From Candidatus Heimdallarchaeum aukensis (lineage in GTDB: Archaea; Asgardarchaeota; Heimdallarchaeia; Heimdallarchaeales; Heimdallarchaeaceae), in NCBI GenBank assembly GCA_021513695.1, contig CP084166.1, forward strand, positions 256,001 to 320,000: a DNA stretch of 64,000 nucleotides. The letters are read 5' to 3'. A program made the position numbers and the translations under genes. Position 1 is the first letter of the stretch. Every line of letters starts with the position of its first letter. Positions 55,846 through 64,000 of the stretch are shown piece by piece. Below the pieces are notes generated by a model that did no database searches, was not told the DNA's origin, and saw nothing but the letters and a program-made list of their open reading frames with translations.

Positions 55846-56991
55846 TTAATATACTCCCAATTGTTCATCTTTTTTTAGTATTCTTCTAGGGTTCCTAATT
55901 CCGTCTCTATTGCTGTAAATACCTTTTCCTTTTATTAATTCTCCATAGTCCCCATATTGAATTAAAGCTGGTATCACACATTCGGGGCTTACTCTTTGGC
56001 TAACTACTGTTCCTTCTTCACCATAGCTCCCTCGTTGACTAATGTCATTTTCATCTTTAGTTATGAACATATTCATTCTTTCCCAAGGATAATAATCTAA
56101 ATCATAATTATCATTGGGTAATTCTGTTTGCATTGTTGGTCCAAAAAGTGATTGTCCGTAGTATCCTGCAAGAGGTAATTGTAATTCTTCTTTAACTAGT
56201 CTATGTGTCTCCTGAGACATTGGAACACCCCCATGAATAATTGCTTTAAGATTTCCTTGCTCTTTCATTTTTTTGATTATAGGATACATTTTTTCAATAA
56301 TTACACCAGTTGTAATAACAATTCCTATGTTACTGAATTCTTGTTCTATCAAATTCTGTACTTGAAAATTCATATTTTCTAGGTATAGCTTCGCTGCATT
56401 TGGATCTTTCATCATTGCGACTTTTATAAATCGAGGATCAAGGTCTATGTGATAAATCATTGATTCCATATCTCTATCCCAGTACTTTATTACCCACTTT
56501 CCAGCCATATGTGGGCCTGTAGGAAGCATTGATAAAACATTCAACCCTCTTGGGATTTTGTGTGCATCAATCATTTGTAAAGCTGCTTGACTAGCAACAG
56601 GAAAAGTAGGTGTTTCAATATCGTATGGGTCTAATTCTCCTGGGAGAAGTGTCATATCTTCTAGAAAGACAGTTTTTTTTGGCTTGCCTGTTGTTCCTCC
56701 AGTTTCAACTAAAGGAGTAGATCTATATCTATTCTTCTTTGCCCACTGAAAAGCCCATTTAGTAGTTGTATGGTAAATAGACTTTCTAAACTCATCAGGG
56801 TTTACATTGCCAAAAAACTCTGCAAGTTCAACCCAGTTTCTAACATCACCTTTTTTTACATTTTTCTCCTTTGCTAGATTAATCATCATAGGAGAGCCAT
56901 ATTGTTCATCAATAGCGATATTTACGCATTCTTCAATAAAATCACTTATTTGATTTTTACTTGCTGTTTTACTTTTGGTCTCTGTAATCAT
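55846..56991 (-). CDS. adenylate-forming enzyme, phenylacetate-CoA ligase / coenzyme F390 synthetase-like
   Basis: 381 aa. VETGGTTGKPKKTVF matches the AMP-binding P-loop (SGTTGKP) of PaaK-like ligases. Confidence 0.45.
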   Translation of the reverse strand: MITETKSKTASKNQISDFIEECVNIAIDEQYGSPMMINLAKEKNVKKGDVRNWVELAEFFGNVNPDEFRKSIYHTTTKWAFQWAKKNRYRSTPLVETGGTTGKPKKTVFLEDMTLLPGELDPYDIETPTFPVASQAALQMIDAHKIPRGLNVLSMLPTGPHMAGKWVIKYWDRDMESMIYHIDLDPRFIKVAMMKDPNAAKLYLENMNFQVQNLIEQEFSNIGIVITTGVIIEKMYPIIKKMKEQGNLKAIIHGGVPMSQETHRLVKEELQLPLAGYYGQSLFGPTMQTELPNDNYDLDYYPWERMNMFITKDENDISQRGSYGEEGTVVSQRVSPECVIPALIQYGDYGELIKGKGIYSNRDGIRNPRRILKKDEQLGVY

Positions 56992-57232
56992 TTTTTCACC
57001 AATTATTTATACCATATTTCATTTATAAAGAAGGAAATTTTTTAGAAATCACTGCAATTTTTCTGCAATTTTTTCCATAATAAATTAATTAAATAAAAGT
57101 AAACAATACTCACGAAAAGGAGAATAAAACTCTCTATTGGGTCAAACATCTTTGAGTTTTATTCTTTTTTCTTTCTTTTCTTATCAAAATATGTATCAAA
57201 CAGACATATATAAACCCAAAGAAAATAAATTA

Positions 57233-58885
57233 TCATGAAAAATAGTAAGTATTTAGAACAAGTTTATCATAGATTTCTTGATACATTGAAGCAAGAGCAG
57301 AAGTTGCTAATTCTTTTTCAAATTCTCTCGTAGTAATCTCTTCATCAGTTTTCTTTTTTAACCAATTAAGTCTAAAGATTGAAATTAGTGCTCTTCCGAT
57401 ATAGTATAGACTTAATGGTAAGGCTAAAACAATTTGGACTAAAAGTTTTAGAATATTAATTAAAGCAATTATTCCTTTTTTATCATTTTGTATCTGTAAT
57501 TTCTCATTATCTTTAGATTCTTTTTTGGTTAATTTTTTAATAAATTCTCTTTTCATTTCTTTGAATCGAGTTTTAACATAGATTTTCAAAAAATTCTTCT
57601 GTGTTTTACTTAGGAAAAATTGTGTTTCTGATTTAATATGCTTTATGTAGTCGATGAAAATTTCGACTATGGCTAGTACAGGGCCTAACAAAAAGATTAT
57701 TGTGTTTCGGAGAAAAATCAGAATCTTAAAATACCATGGATTCTCAGTAAAAAAGTCTAATATGTATCTTTGACCTCCTAAAGCTAAAGAAAAAGCTATC
57801 TGACTGAACACATTATCTGATAAATCTATATTGTATTTCTTTTCTAACTCATAAATTCCTCTTAAACTACCTGTAAGCAAAATTGAGTTATAAAATTCAT
57901 CAGAGACAAATTTATCTTTTAATTTGTTGGCTATAAAACTTAAAGCTTTTTTAGCTTCTTTGTATGTTAAGTTGTTATTTTTAGCGAATTGTTTAATTGC
58001 AGGATTTTTTTTCCATGGAAAGAAACTTGATTGCCTTTTCCAGATAAGTAAAGCAAAAGCTCGAGCAATTGAATCCTCTATTTTATGCATGTCAAGTCTT
58101 TCTTGATCAATTTTAGATAGATATTGATTAAATAACTCTTGAGTTTCTTTGCTCATATTAGCTCCGTAAATATTTAGAAAATCCATAACTCTTCGTTTGA
58201 TTGCATCTACATCTTGATGTAAATCAATTTTAAAATCTTCATAAGTTTCTTTAGAAATAGGTGGAGCATCAATAAAACGGTAAGAACTTCTAGAAGCAAG
58301 AAAAGGTAAGGCGAAGATATCTTCCAGTTTTTGGTAATAATAAGCTGCTCGATAAGCTTTATATTTAAGCATAATCATACTCATTTTGTGAAATAGCTTG
58401 AAAAACGGTCCAAAAGAGGCTGTTATTGCACTTAACATTCCTTGAACAGTACTAAAAACTAAAATTAATATTAAAGGATGAATATAGCTAAATTTCTCAA
58501 GAAAAGGTTGTTTCCATACAAATAATGGAAGAAGGACAAAGAGAGAAAAAGTAGAAAATTTATCAAAAAGTTCTCCAACACTTCGTTGGATAGGATAAGC
58601 ATCTCTTATTTTTTCTTGTTTCAAAAGAATATCATCTACTGTTTCTTGTACATTAGCTAACTCCTTTTTCTCTTTACTTGCAAGAATGGTGGAGAGATAA
58701 AGAAGATATTTTCTTTGGATATTTAAAGCAGGAACTAATTCAGTAATACTTCTTGGAATAAAGATATAGGATATAATGAGCAAAATCTTTGAAAGAACTA
58801 CAATTGGAAATAGAAGAGAGACAACAATTATTGCTAAAAAGTCTATCCACTTAGAGTGATGTTCTATCTCTTCTACTTCCGTCAT
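57233..58885 (-). CDS. integral membrane hypothetical protein
   Basis: 550 aa with multiple hydrophobic helices at both ends. No motifs. Confidence 0.4.
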   Translation of the reverse strand: MTEVEEIEHHSKWIDFLAIIVVSLLFPIVVLSKILLIISYIFIPRSITELVPALNIQRKYLLYLSTILASKEKKELANVQETVDDILLKQEKIRDAYPIQRSVGELFDKFSTFSLFVLLPLFVWKQPFLEKFSYIHPLILILVFSTVQGMLSAITASFGPFFKLFHKMSMIMLKYKAYRAAYYYQKLEDIFALPFLASRSSYRFIDAPPISKETYEDFKIDLHQDVDAIKRRVMDFLNIYGANMSKETQELFNQYLSKIDQERLDMHKIEDSIARAFALLIWKRQSSFFPWKKNPAIKQFAKNNNLTYKEAKKALSFIANKLKDKFVSDEFYNSILLTGSLRGIYELEKKYNIDLSDNVFSQIAFSLALGGQRYILDFFTENPWYFKILIFLRNTIIFLLGPVLAIVEIFIDYIKHIKSETQFFLSKTQKNFLKIYVKTRFKEMKREFIKKLTKKESKDNEKLQIQNDKKGIIALINILKLLVQIVLALPLSLYYIGRALISIFRLNWLKKKTDEEITTREFEKELATSALASMYQEIYDKLVLNTYYFS

Positions 58886-59199
58886 ATAGAGTATAAATAA
58901 GATAATACTTATTAAATTTGACTATTTAGAAATAAAGGACTTTTTATTTACATTTCAACGATTGAAATAAAGAATTTAGACACAAAATAAAAAATATAAG
59001 AAAGTGTTTTCAATTAAATAACCAGAAAGGTTGAGCAAAACATTAATTTTGTTGTTCTTAATTGTTCAAAACTAATCATTGGGACAATGGTTTTCTGCAC
59101 AATGGCTTTCTAAATTAACTATTACAAAAAGAAAACACAATACCAATAGAAAATGTCATAAATGCTTCAATAATTTGTGAGTTAATAAGTGAGTAGAGA

Positions 59200-60207
59200 A
59201 TGAGTTTAAAAGGATACATTTTACGGAGAATTTTGTACATCGTTCCCGTAATGGTTGCAATTACATTAATGAATTTCACTTTGATCAATGTAGCTCCTGG
59301 AGATCCTGTTATTGTTCGAGTAGGTCTAATTAAGTGTGAGACTCCAGAGTGCTATAATAATGCGTACAACAAAGCAGCCATCGAAATGGGGTTGATGTCT
59401 CCAAACTATTATACTGTTCCTTGGTTTGAAAGATATGTTTCTTTTATGAATGATTTGTTACATTTTGATTTTGGTAAAAGCTGGTCAAACACTCAAGGAG
59501 GAGAAGGAATACCAGTTGCGGATATTATCAAGCGTCATGCTGTATATACAGTAACATTAAACTCTTTGTCTTTTGTTCTTTCATTATTGCTTTCTACTGC
59601 AATAGGCGTTGTTTCAGCTACTAGATCTAGGTCTTTTTGGGATAAATCCTTGACTGTAGCAATGTTGTTAGGATATTCGATGCCGCTATTTTGGTTGGCA
59701 AAGTTATTAATGTATGTGAGTTTTGTTTTATTTGGATTTACAGGAGTATCAAACAAACAAGCCTTTAACAAGCCTTTATTGCTTAATCCACATTTCTACA
59801 AGTTTATGCTGTTGCCGCTACTATCTTTAACTTTAGGTGGACTAGTGTTTATGGCTAGACTAATAAGGTCACAACTATTGGAAATACTAAGGCAGGATTA
59901 CATAAAAACAGCAATGGCTAAAGGTGTAGAACAACGAGCTGTAATATATAAGCATGCTTTTAGGAATGGTTTACTACCGATAGTGACAATTATAGGGAAT
60001 TCATTACCCGGTTTACTATCTGGGTCAGTGATGATAGAAACAGTTTTTGGTTGGCCAGGGTTAGGAACTTACTTCTTAGAAGCTGCATTTATGAGAGATT
60101 TCCCCATGATGATGGCAACTAATACCATATTCCCGTTCTTGTTTCTCATAGCAAGATTACTAACAGATATAACCTATGTCTTTATAGACCCGCGAATTAA
60201 ATACTAG
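59200..60207 (+). CDS. ABC transporter permease, OppB/DppB family
   Basis: 335 aa. The N-terminus LRRILYIVPVMVAITLMNFTLINVAPGDP is typical. The binding-protein-dependent permease signature is MAKGVEQRAVIYKHAFRNGLLPIVTIIGNSLPGLLSGSVMIETVFGWPGLG. Confidence 0.75.
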   Translation: MSLKGYILRRILYIVPVMVAITLMNFTLINVAPGDPVIVRVGLIKCETPECYNNAYNKAAIEMGLMSPNYYTVPWFERYVSFMNDLLHFDFGKSWSNTQGGEGIPVADIIKRHAVYTVTLNSLSFVLSLLLSTAIGVVSATRSRSFWDKSLTVAMLLGYSMPLFWLAKLLMYVSFVLFGFTGVSNKQAFNKPLLLNPHFYKFMLLPLLSLTLGGLVFMARLIRSQLLEILRQDYIKTAMAKGVEQRAVIYKHAFRNGLLPIVTIIGNSLPGLLSGSVMIETVFGWPGLGTYFLEAAFMRDFPMMMATNTIFPFLFLIARLLTDITYVFIDPRIKY

Positions 60208-60240
60208 ATTTTTCTTCTTTTTTCTTTTTATTCTTATTAA
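60208..60240 (+). terminator. T-rich tract after the oppB-like stop
   Basis: ATTTTTCTTCTTTTTTCTTTTTATTCTT immediately downstream of the TAG. Confidence 0.3.
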
Positions 60241-60277
60241 TCCAAATATTTAAAAAAAATTTTTAACGAGTTGATTT

Positions 60278-61660
60278 ATGGATAAAAATAAGCGAACGCT
60301 ATTTGGGTTAATGCTTTCTAGTTTTATAGTCAATTTAGGTTTTGGAGCAATAATGCCTTTTCTCTCAATATATTCTTCATTGTTTTTCTATCCTATAGAT
60401 TTAGGATTCATAATTATTCGTGAAGTTACTCAAATAGGTTTGCTTACTTCGGCAATGATGATATCTAGAGCTTTTCTTGCTCCATTTTATGGGAGAATGA
60501 GTGATAAAGAGGGAAGAAAAGCAATAATAGTTGTAGGACTTGGATTGTATGTTATTCTGACCTTTGGTTTTGGTTTGGCTACAAGTTTTTACGCTCTATT
60601 TGTTGTAAGATTTGTGCAAGGTATTGCTTCTGCTCTCGTTTGGCCTGTAGCTGAATCTGCAGTTGTAGATGTTTCAAAAGAGGAAGAAAGAGGAAGAAAT
60701 TTAGGATGGTTTATGATGAGTATGACTTTAGGTTGGTCTTTAGGACCATTTCTAAGTACTGTGCTTATTTGGTTTGCTAAATTATTTGTATCAAGTCAAA
60801 TTAAAGCTTTTCAATTCACTTTTTTTATGATGGGAGGATTATCTTTTATTGGTTTTATGATTTTTAATATACTAGTAATTGATCCCAAAACAAATAAAGC
60901 ACGAATGTCCGCTAAAGAAATTTGGACAGCAGTAGTTTTAGTAATAAAGACTACTTTTAATATATCTAATTTAGGAATACCTAGTTTTCTAAAACCTTCA
61001 TTCTGGAAAGAAAGAACTGTAAGCTTAAGAGCAGTTTTTATTATGGCTTTTTCTAATGGTTTCGGATTTGCAATGGTTTTTCCTATCTTTTCTTTATTTT
61101 TCTATCAATTTTATAATTTATCAGAAGAATTTATTGGCACAATTTTTGGAATAGTAGGATTGATAGGTGTGGTATTCAATCCTATTGGTGGATGGGTAAG
61201 TGATAGAACAAATAAAAAAGTGGTCGTGCTTTTCACTGGGTTGATTTCTGGAATTCTTATGGGTTTTGCAGGTTTTCAATTTTCAATAATGTTGATTATA
61301 GGATTGTTTACAGCAAGACAAATAGTTCAACAAATGAATATGCCTTCATTCAGAGCTTTGCAAGCAGATCTAGTAGAACCTGAAAAAAGAGGATTAGAAT
61401 TTGGTAATGTTCAAATGTTTTTTAATACTGGTTCAATTCTTGGACCTATTTTAGGCGGGATTCTCTATGATAAATTTAGTGAGCAAGAGTTTACTTTTAT
61501 GGGTCTACAAGCTTTTGGTGTTGAATATCTGTTTTTAATTACTTCTTCATTAGCAATTATTGCTACAATAGTGTTAATTATTTTTGTCAAAAAAAGAGAT
61601 TTTGTAGTAAACAAATTGAAAGAAAATAAGGAAGAATATAGCTTTATTGCTAAAGAATAA
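60278..61660 (+). CDS. major facilitator superfamily transporter
   Basis: 460 aa, about 12 TM helices. The loop 2-3 motif GRMSDKEGRKAIIVVGL matches the MFS G-x-L-a-D-r-x-G-r-k-x-x-l signature. Confidence 0.7.
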   Translation: MDKNKRTLFGLMLSSFIVNLGFGAIMPFLSIYSSLFFYPIDLGFIIIREVTQIGLLTSAMMISRAFLAPFYGRMSDKEGRKAIIVVGLGLYVILTFGFGLATSFYALFVVRFVQGIASALVWPVAESAVVDVSKEEERGRNLGWFMMSMTLGWSLGPFLSTVLIWFAKLFVSSQIKAFQFTFFMMGGLSFIGFMIFNILVIDPKTNKARMSAKEIWTAVVLVIKTTFNISNLGIPSFLKPSFWKERTVSLRAVFIMAFSNGFGFAMVFPIFSLFFYQFYNLSEEFIGTIFGIVGLIGVVFNPIGGWVSDRTNKKVVVLFTGLISGILMGFAGFQFSIMLIIGLFTARQIVQQMNMPSFRALQADLVEPEKRGLEFGNVQMFFNTGSILGPILGGILYDKFSEQEFTFMGLQAFGVEYLFLITSSLAIIATIVLIIFVKKRDFVVNKLKENKEEYSFIAKE

Positions 61661-61668
61661 AATAGTGA

Positions 61669-62406
61669 TTATTTTTGAATTATCTGTTTTTCTTTAACAT
61701 CAATTTCAATTAATGAATTATTTTTTAGTAGTTTTGCTTCACCCAGTGAGGGAAGATAGCAGGAACTAATTATAATTGTTGAATCAGAATTATATAGTTT
61801 CATTGTGTAGTACAAAGGATATTTTTTGAAAAAAACACCTATCCAAACTTTTTCATTGTTAGCTAAAATGAAATTTGCACCACTATAATCCCACTCTTTT
61901 ATTAAATTATAAACTGCTTCACTTGATAAAGAACCATTTTTTTCTATTAGTTCCAGTAATTTAAAGAAATATTTTTCAGAGTCTGTGGTTCCTTTAGGGG
62001 TAAATCTGTTTTTATCAACTTTTATTTCTGTTTTTATTGTTCCATTATGCATGAAAACCCACGTCTTTCCTAAAAATTCTTGATCAAATGGGTGATTATT
62101 TTTGATATCAATTTCAATTCCTGGAGAAGCTTTTCTTGCATGTATTAGAGCTATTTCTCCTCTATTTACTTCTGAGTAAATATCAACTGAAGTGGAAAAA
62201 ATAGGTTCAAGGAAGTGAAAAGTTGAAAAACTACCGTTTTTGAGAAAAGAATAACCAAATCCATCAGGATGAGGAAATGTTTGATCCTCATTTCTCTCGT
62301 GAATATCTAGTTTAGGTCCTTTTAGATAATCTTCACAAGAAAGAATAAACTCCGAAATAGCATTCTTTTCTAAATTTTTTCCTATTTTTACGAATAATCT
62401 ACACAT
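61669..62406 (-). CDS. class II (Ntn) glutamine amidotransferase-like protein, YafJ type
   Basis: 245 aa beginning MCRLF. Cys2 is the N-terminal nucleophile after Met removal, as in YafJ/EgtC-type GATase II (MCRLLG). Confidence 0.45.
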   Translation of the reverse strand: MCRLFVKIGKNLEKNAISEFILSCEDYLKGPKLDIHERNEDQTFPHPDGFGYSFLKNGSFSTFHFLEPIFSTSVDIYSEVNRGEIALIHARKASPGIEIDIKNNHPFDQEFLGKTWVFMHNGTIKTEIKVDKNRFTPKGTTDSEKYFFKLLELIEKNGSLSSEAVYNLIKEWDYSGANFILANNEKVWIGVFFKKYPLYYTMKLYNSDSTIIISSCYLPSLGEAKLLKNNSLIEIDVKEKQIIQK

Positions 62407-62539
62407 AACCTTGAAACAAATTATCTATTAAAAAGTATTATTATTAGCTTTTAACTGGTTTTCTGATGAAATTAAACGACAGAAATTGTAAATCTTTATA
62501 TATTTAGCTTTGGAGAGATTAATTATGAGTTGAAATTTT

Positions 62540-62760
62540 ACGTAATTTTTTCAGGACTCTACCCAACCAGGCAAAACATCGATGAATGTTAGGACTGGTT
62601 TAAGAGAACAAGAGACACAGTCTACTAATGTTCTCTAAGGGGTTCATCTCCTTATCCCGGGCACTCATAACTCCCAAAGGGAAGACCGGGTGTCGTAGGA
62701 ATGTAACCTACGTCTTAAAGCATCTAGCTCAAGACAAAGAATAAATGTGATTTGAGTGAG
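62540..62760. ncRNA. GC-rich intergenic island, candidate structured RNA of unknown class
   Basis: A 437-bp intergenic gap with a locally GC-rich block (e.g. CCCGGGCACTCATAACTCCCAAAGGGAAGACCGGGTGTCG with pairable CCCGGG/CCGGG and TCCC/GGGA segments) inside very AT-rich DNA. No cloverleaf could be drawn. Confidence 0.25.
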
Positions 62761-62844
62761 TATATAAAGACCACAAGAAAACTGTGCCATGCTTTCTGTA
62801 TATCTAAAACACAACCTTCTTAAAATTTACGTAAAAAATTAATT

Positions 62845-63684
62845 ATGGAAAATGAAGAAACTCTAATAAATGAGCTGAAAAGTGGTTTCGGAACTATAGG
62901 GGTTACTTCTCTTGTAGCTTTTATTTTTAATCTTGCTTTTCTAATTTTTCAGCTAAGCTATTTAAGTAATTATTCACATAATAATTTATCATATAGTAAC
63001 TATTATTTAATATATATTGGCGGTAGTAGTATTTCTTCATTGTTGTTTACTCTGATTTACTTTAGTTTTTTGTACTTAAGCAGAAAGATAGATGAAATAG
63101 AAAAAAGCAAAGAAAACACTATATTTAGAATATCAACAACTATTGCAATTTTGATAATATTCTTTAATATTGGATTCTTTTTAGCTCAATTCTTAGTTGT
63201 AAATGCTGATCAATATTCTGATATTTTTAGTATATCTTACATTATTTTGCAGATATGCTTCATTTTCGTTTATATCTTCTTTGCTCTTTCAATAAGTAAA
63301 ATGAATAGTAAAATGGAAGTTGGAGTAATTATTTGGCCAATTGTAATATATGCAACTATTAACTCAATCGGAGCAATATTTAGGCTAATAATTCAAACTC
63401 TTATTATACTACAACTCTCTTCTTCTGCTTTATTCACCAGCATACTATATTCTTTCTTTAAAAGTATTGATCTAGTTGTTGAATTAATATTTATTATAAC
63501 CATGTTCTTTGTAGCAAACAATGCTCAAATTTCTTTATTACATCAAGTACCACGATATACTTCTTATGCATATTCAGGACCTGTATATAAATCCAAACAA
63601 TCAACTAATTTTTGTCCTTTTTGTGGAACAGAAAATTCTCCTGATTCAAAATTTTGTATAAACTGTGGAAAAAGGATAGATTAG
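62845..63684 (+). CDS. polytopic membrane protein with a C-terminal zinc-ribbon
   Basis: 279 aa, about 7 hydrophobic helices. C-terminal CPFCGTENSPDSKFCINCGKRID zinc ribbon (CxxC...CxxC). Confidence 0.45.
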   Translation: MENEETLINELKSGFGTIGVTSLVAFIFNLAFLIFQLSYLSNYSHNNLSYSNYYLIYIGGSSISSLLFTLIYFSFLYLSRKIDEIEKSKENTIFRISTTIAILIIFFNIGFFLAQFLVVNADQYSDIFSISYIILQICFIFVYIFFALSISKMNSKMEVGVIIWPIVIYATINSIGAIFRLIIQTLIILQLSSSALFTSILYSFFKSIDLVVELIFIITMFFVANNAQISLLHQVPRYTSYAYSGPVYKSKQSTNFCPFCGTENSPDSKFCINCGKRID

Positions 63685-63961
63685 ATTCTCTACCATTTAT
63701 CTTTTTATTTTGCTATAGAAATCCAAACATCAAAAAAATTTTACTAGTTGATTTATAGGTTATTTTTTAATCCTCACAAAAAAGAATGATCTCTGAAAAT
63801 TTTTTGCTTAAATTTTCACTCGAACTTAAAAATTATCTACACTGAAGTTGAAATAAATTATTAATTAAAAAGTATCTTTAGTTTAATTTTCTATAGTTTT
63901 ATTAAGAAGCATGAAAAAATATATTGAAAGCTTTATATATTTGGATTTGTAGCCTTATATT

Positions 63962-64000
63962 TATGAAAAATGAAGAACTTCTAATTAATGATTTGAAGCT
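63962..64000 (+). CDS. start of a paralog of the preceding membrane protein (runs off the window end)
   Basis: MKNEELLINDLK closely matches the N-terminus MENEETLINELK of the 62845 gene. The upstream spacing is similar. Confidence 0.3.

Noticed and set aside
8337-59771. Numerous 60..105-aa ORFs antisense to or inside large genes (e.g. 4992..5267, 8337..8576, 11205..11396, 15090..15278, 16348..16560, 22159..22359, 23192..23374, 24479..24661, 27722..27940, 31850..32152, 32435..32665, 33362..33547, 34295..34531, 38195..38413, 38691..39120, 40967..41182, 43877..44365, 51097..51297, 54282..54506, 55680..55868, 57924..58106, 59535..59771)
   Set aside because: All overlap longer, motif-supported or clearly coding ORFs. 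Their compositions (Ile/Leu/Phe/Lys-rich) are what an AT-rich genome produces in non-coding frames.
62540-62760. tRNA gene in the GC-rich island
   Set aside because: GGGGTTCATCTCC resembles a T-arm, but the T-loop has T at the conserved A58 position. I could not assemble an acceptor stem, D-arm and anticodon arm around it. Kept only as a generic structured-RNA candidate.
1755-62840. Palindrome TTACGTAA recurring at about 1758, 3575, 62533 and 62827
   Set aside because: For an 8-mer with two G/C in about 30% GC DNA, about 2..3 occurrences per 64 kb are expected by chance. Four is not significant.

Overview
This is an AT-rich (by eye roughly 30% GC), gene-dense, intron-free prokaryotic segment. 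The gene content points to an archaeon. Supporting genes are the recombinase RadA (9578..10669), a short RadB-type RecA paralog (22890..23525), an XPD/Rad3 iron-sulfur helicase (39670..41481, -), and a Ski2/Hel308-type helicase (27282..29393). Two further archaeal markers are a geranylgeranyl-reductase-family flavoprotein (50447..51790) and a pilin-like protein with an archaeal class III (type IV pilin) signal peptide (54721..55779). No rRNA, CRISPR array or convincing tRNA is visible.

The 5' end (about 1.7..6.9 kb) is an accessory patch with two mobile elements. One is a GC-richer TnpB-only IS200/IS605-type element with a putative omegaRNA region (1780..3600). The other is an IS481-like DDE transposase with an upstream hairpin and flanking 14-bp direct repeats (5679..6830). 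The first 99 nt carry the start of a GH38-like alpha-mannosidase gene running off the window.

From about 9.5 to 39.4 kb nearly all genes are on the + strand. This block is dominated by two giant membrane-anchored surface proteins. The first (14426..20791) is 2121 aa of Ig-like/CarboxypepD_reg-like beta-sandwich repeats. The second (31474..39414) is 2646 aa: FG-GAP-like propeller repeats, LamG-like jelly-roll domains, about 50 thrombospondin-type-3-like calcium-binding repeats, a TM helix and a 330-aa cytoplasmic tail. Its repeats are encoded by a 3.7-kb near-identical tandem nucleotide array (34640..38330).

Between the giants lies a tight co-directional cluster (22890..29393): RadB-like ATPase, a small PD-(D/E)xK-like protein, a 1051-aa protein with degenerate NTPase-like motifs, and a Hel308/Ski2-like helicase carrying a SWIM zinc finger. 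It is the best candidate here for an undescribed recombination-repair or defence module.

The 3' third encodes metabolism and transport: an ALDH-superfamily enzyme, a PaaK/F390-synthetase-like adenylating enzyme, a YafJ-type class II glutamine amidotransferase, an orphan OppB-type ABC permease, an MFS transporter, a ParA/MinD ATPase, a GC-rich intergenic island that may be a structured RNA (62540..62760), and tandem paralogous zinc-ribbon membrane proteins at the window end.

All functional calls come from reading motifs by eye. No database search was run.
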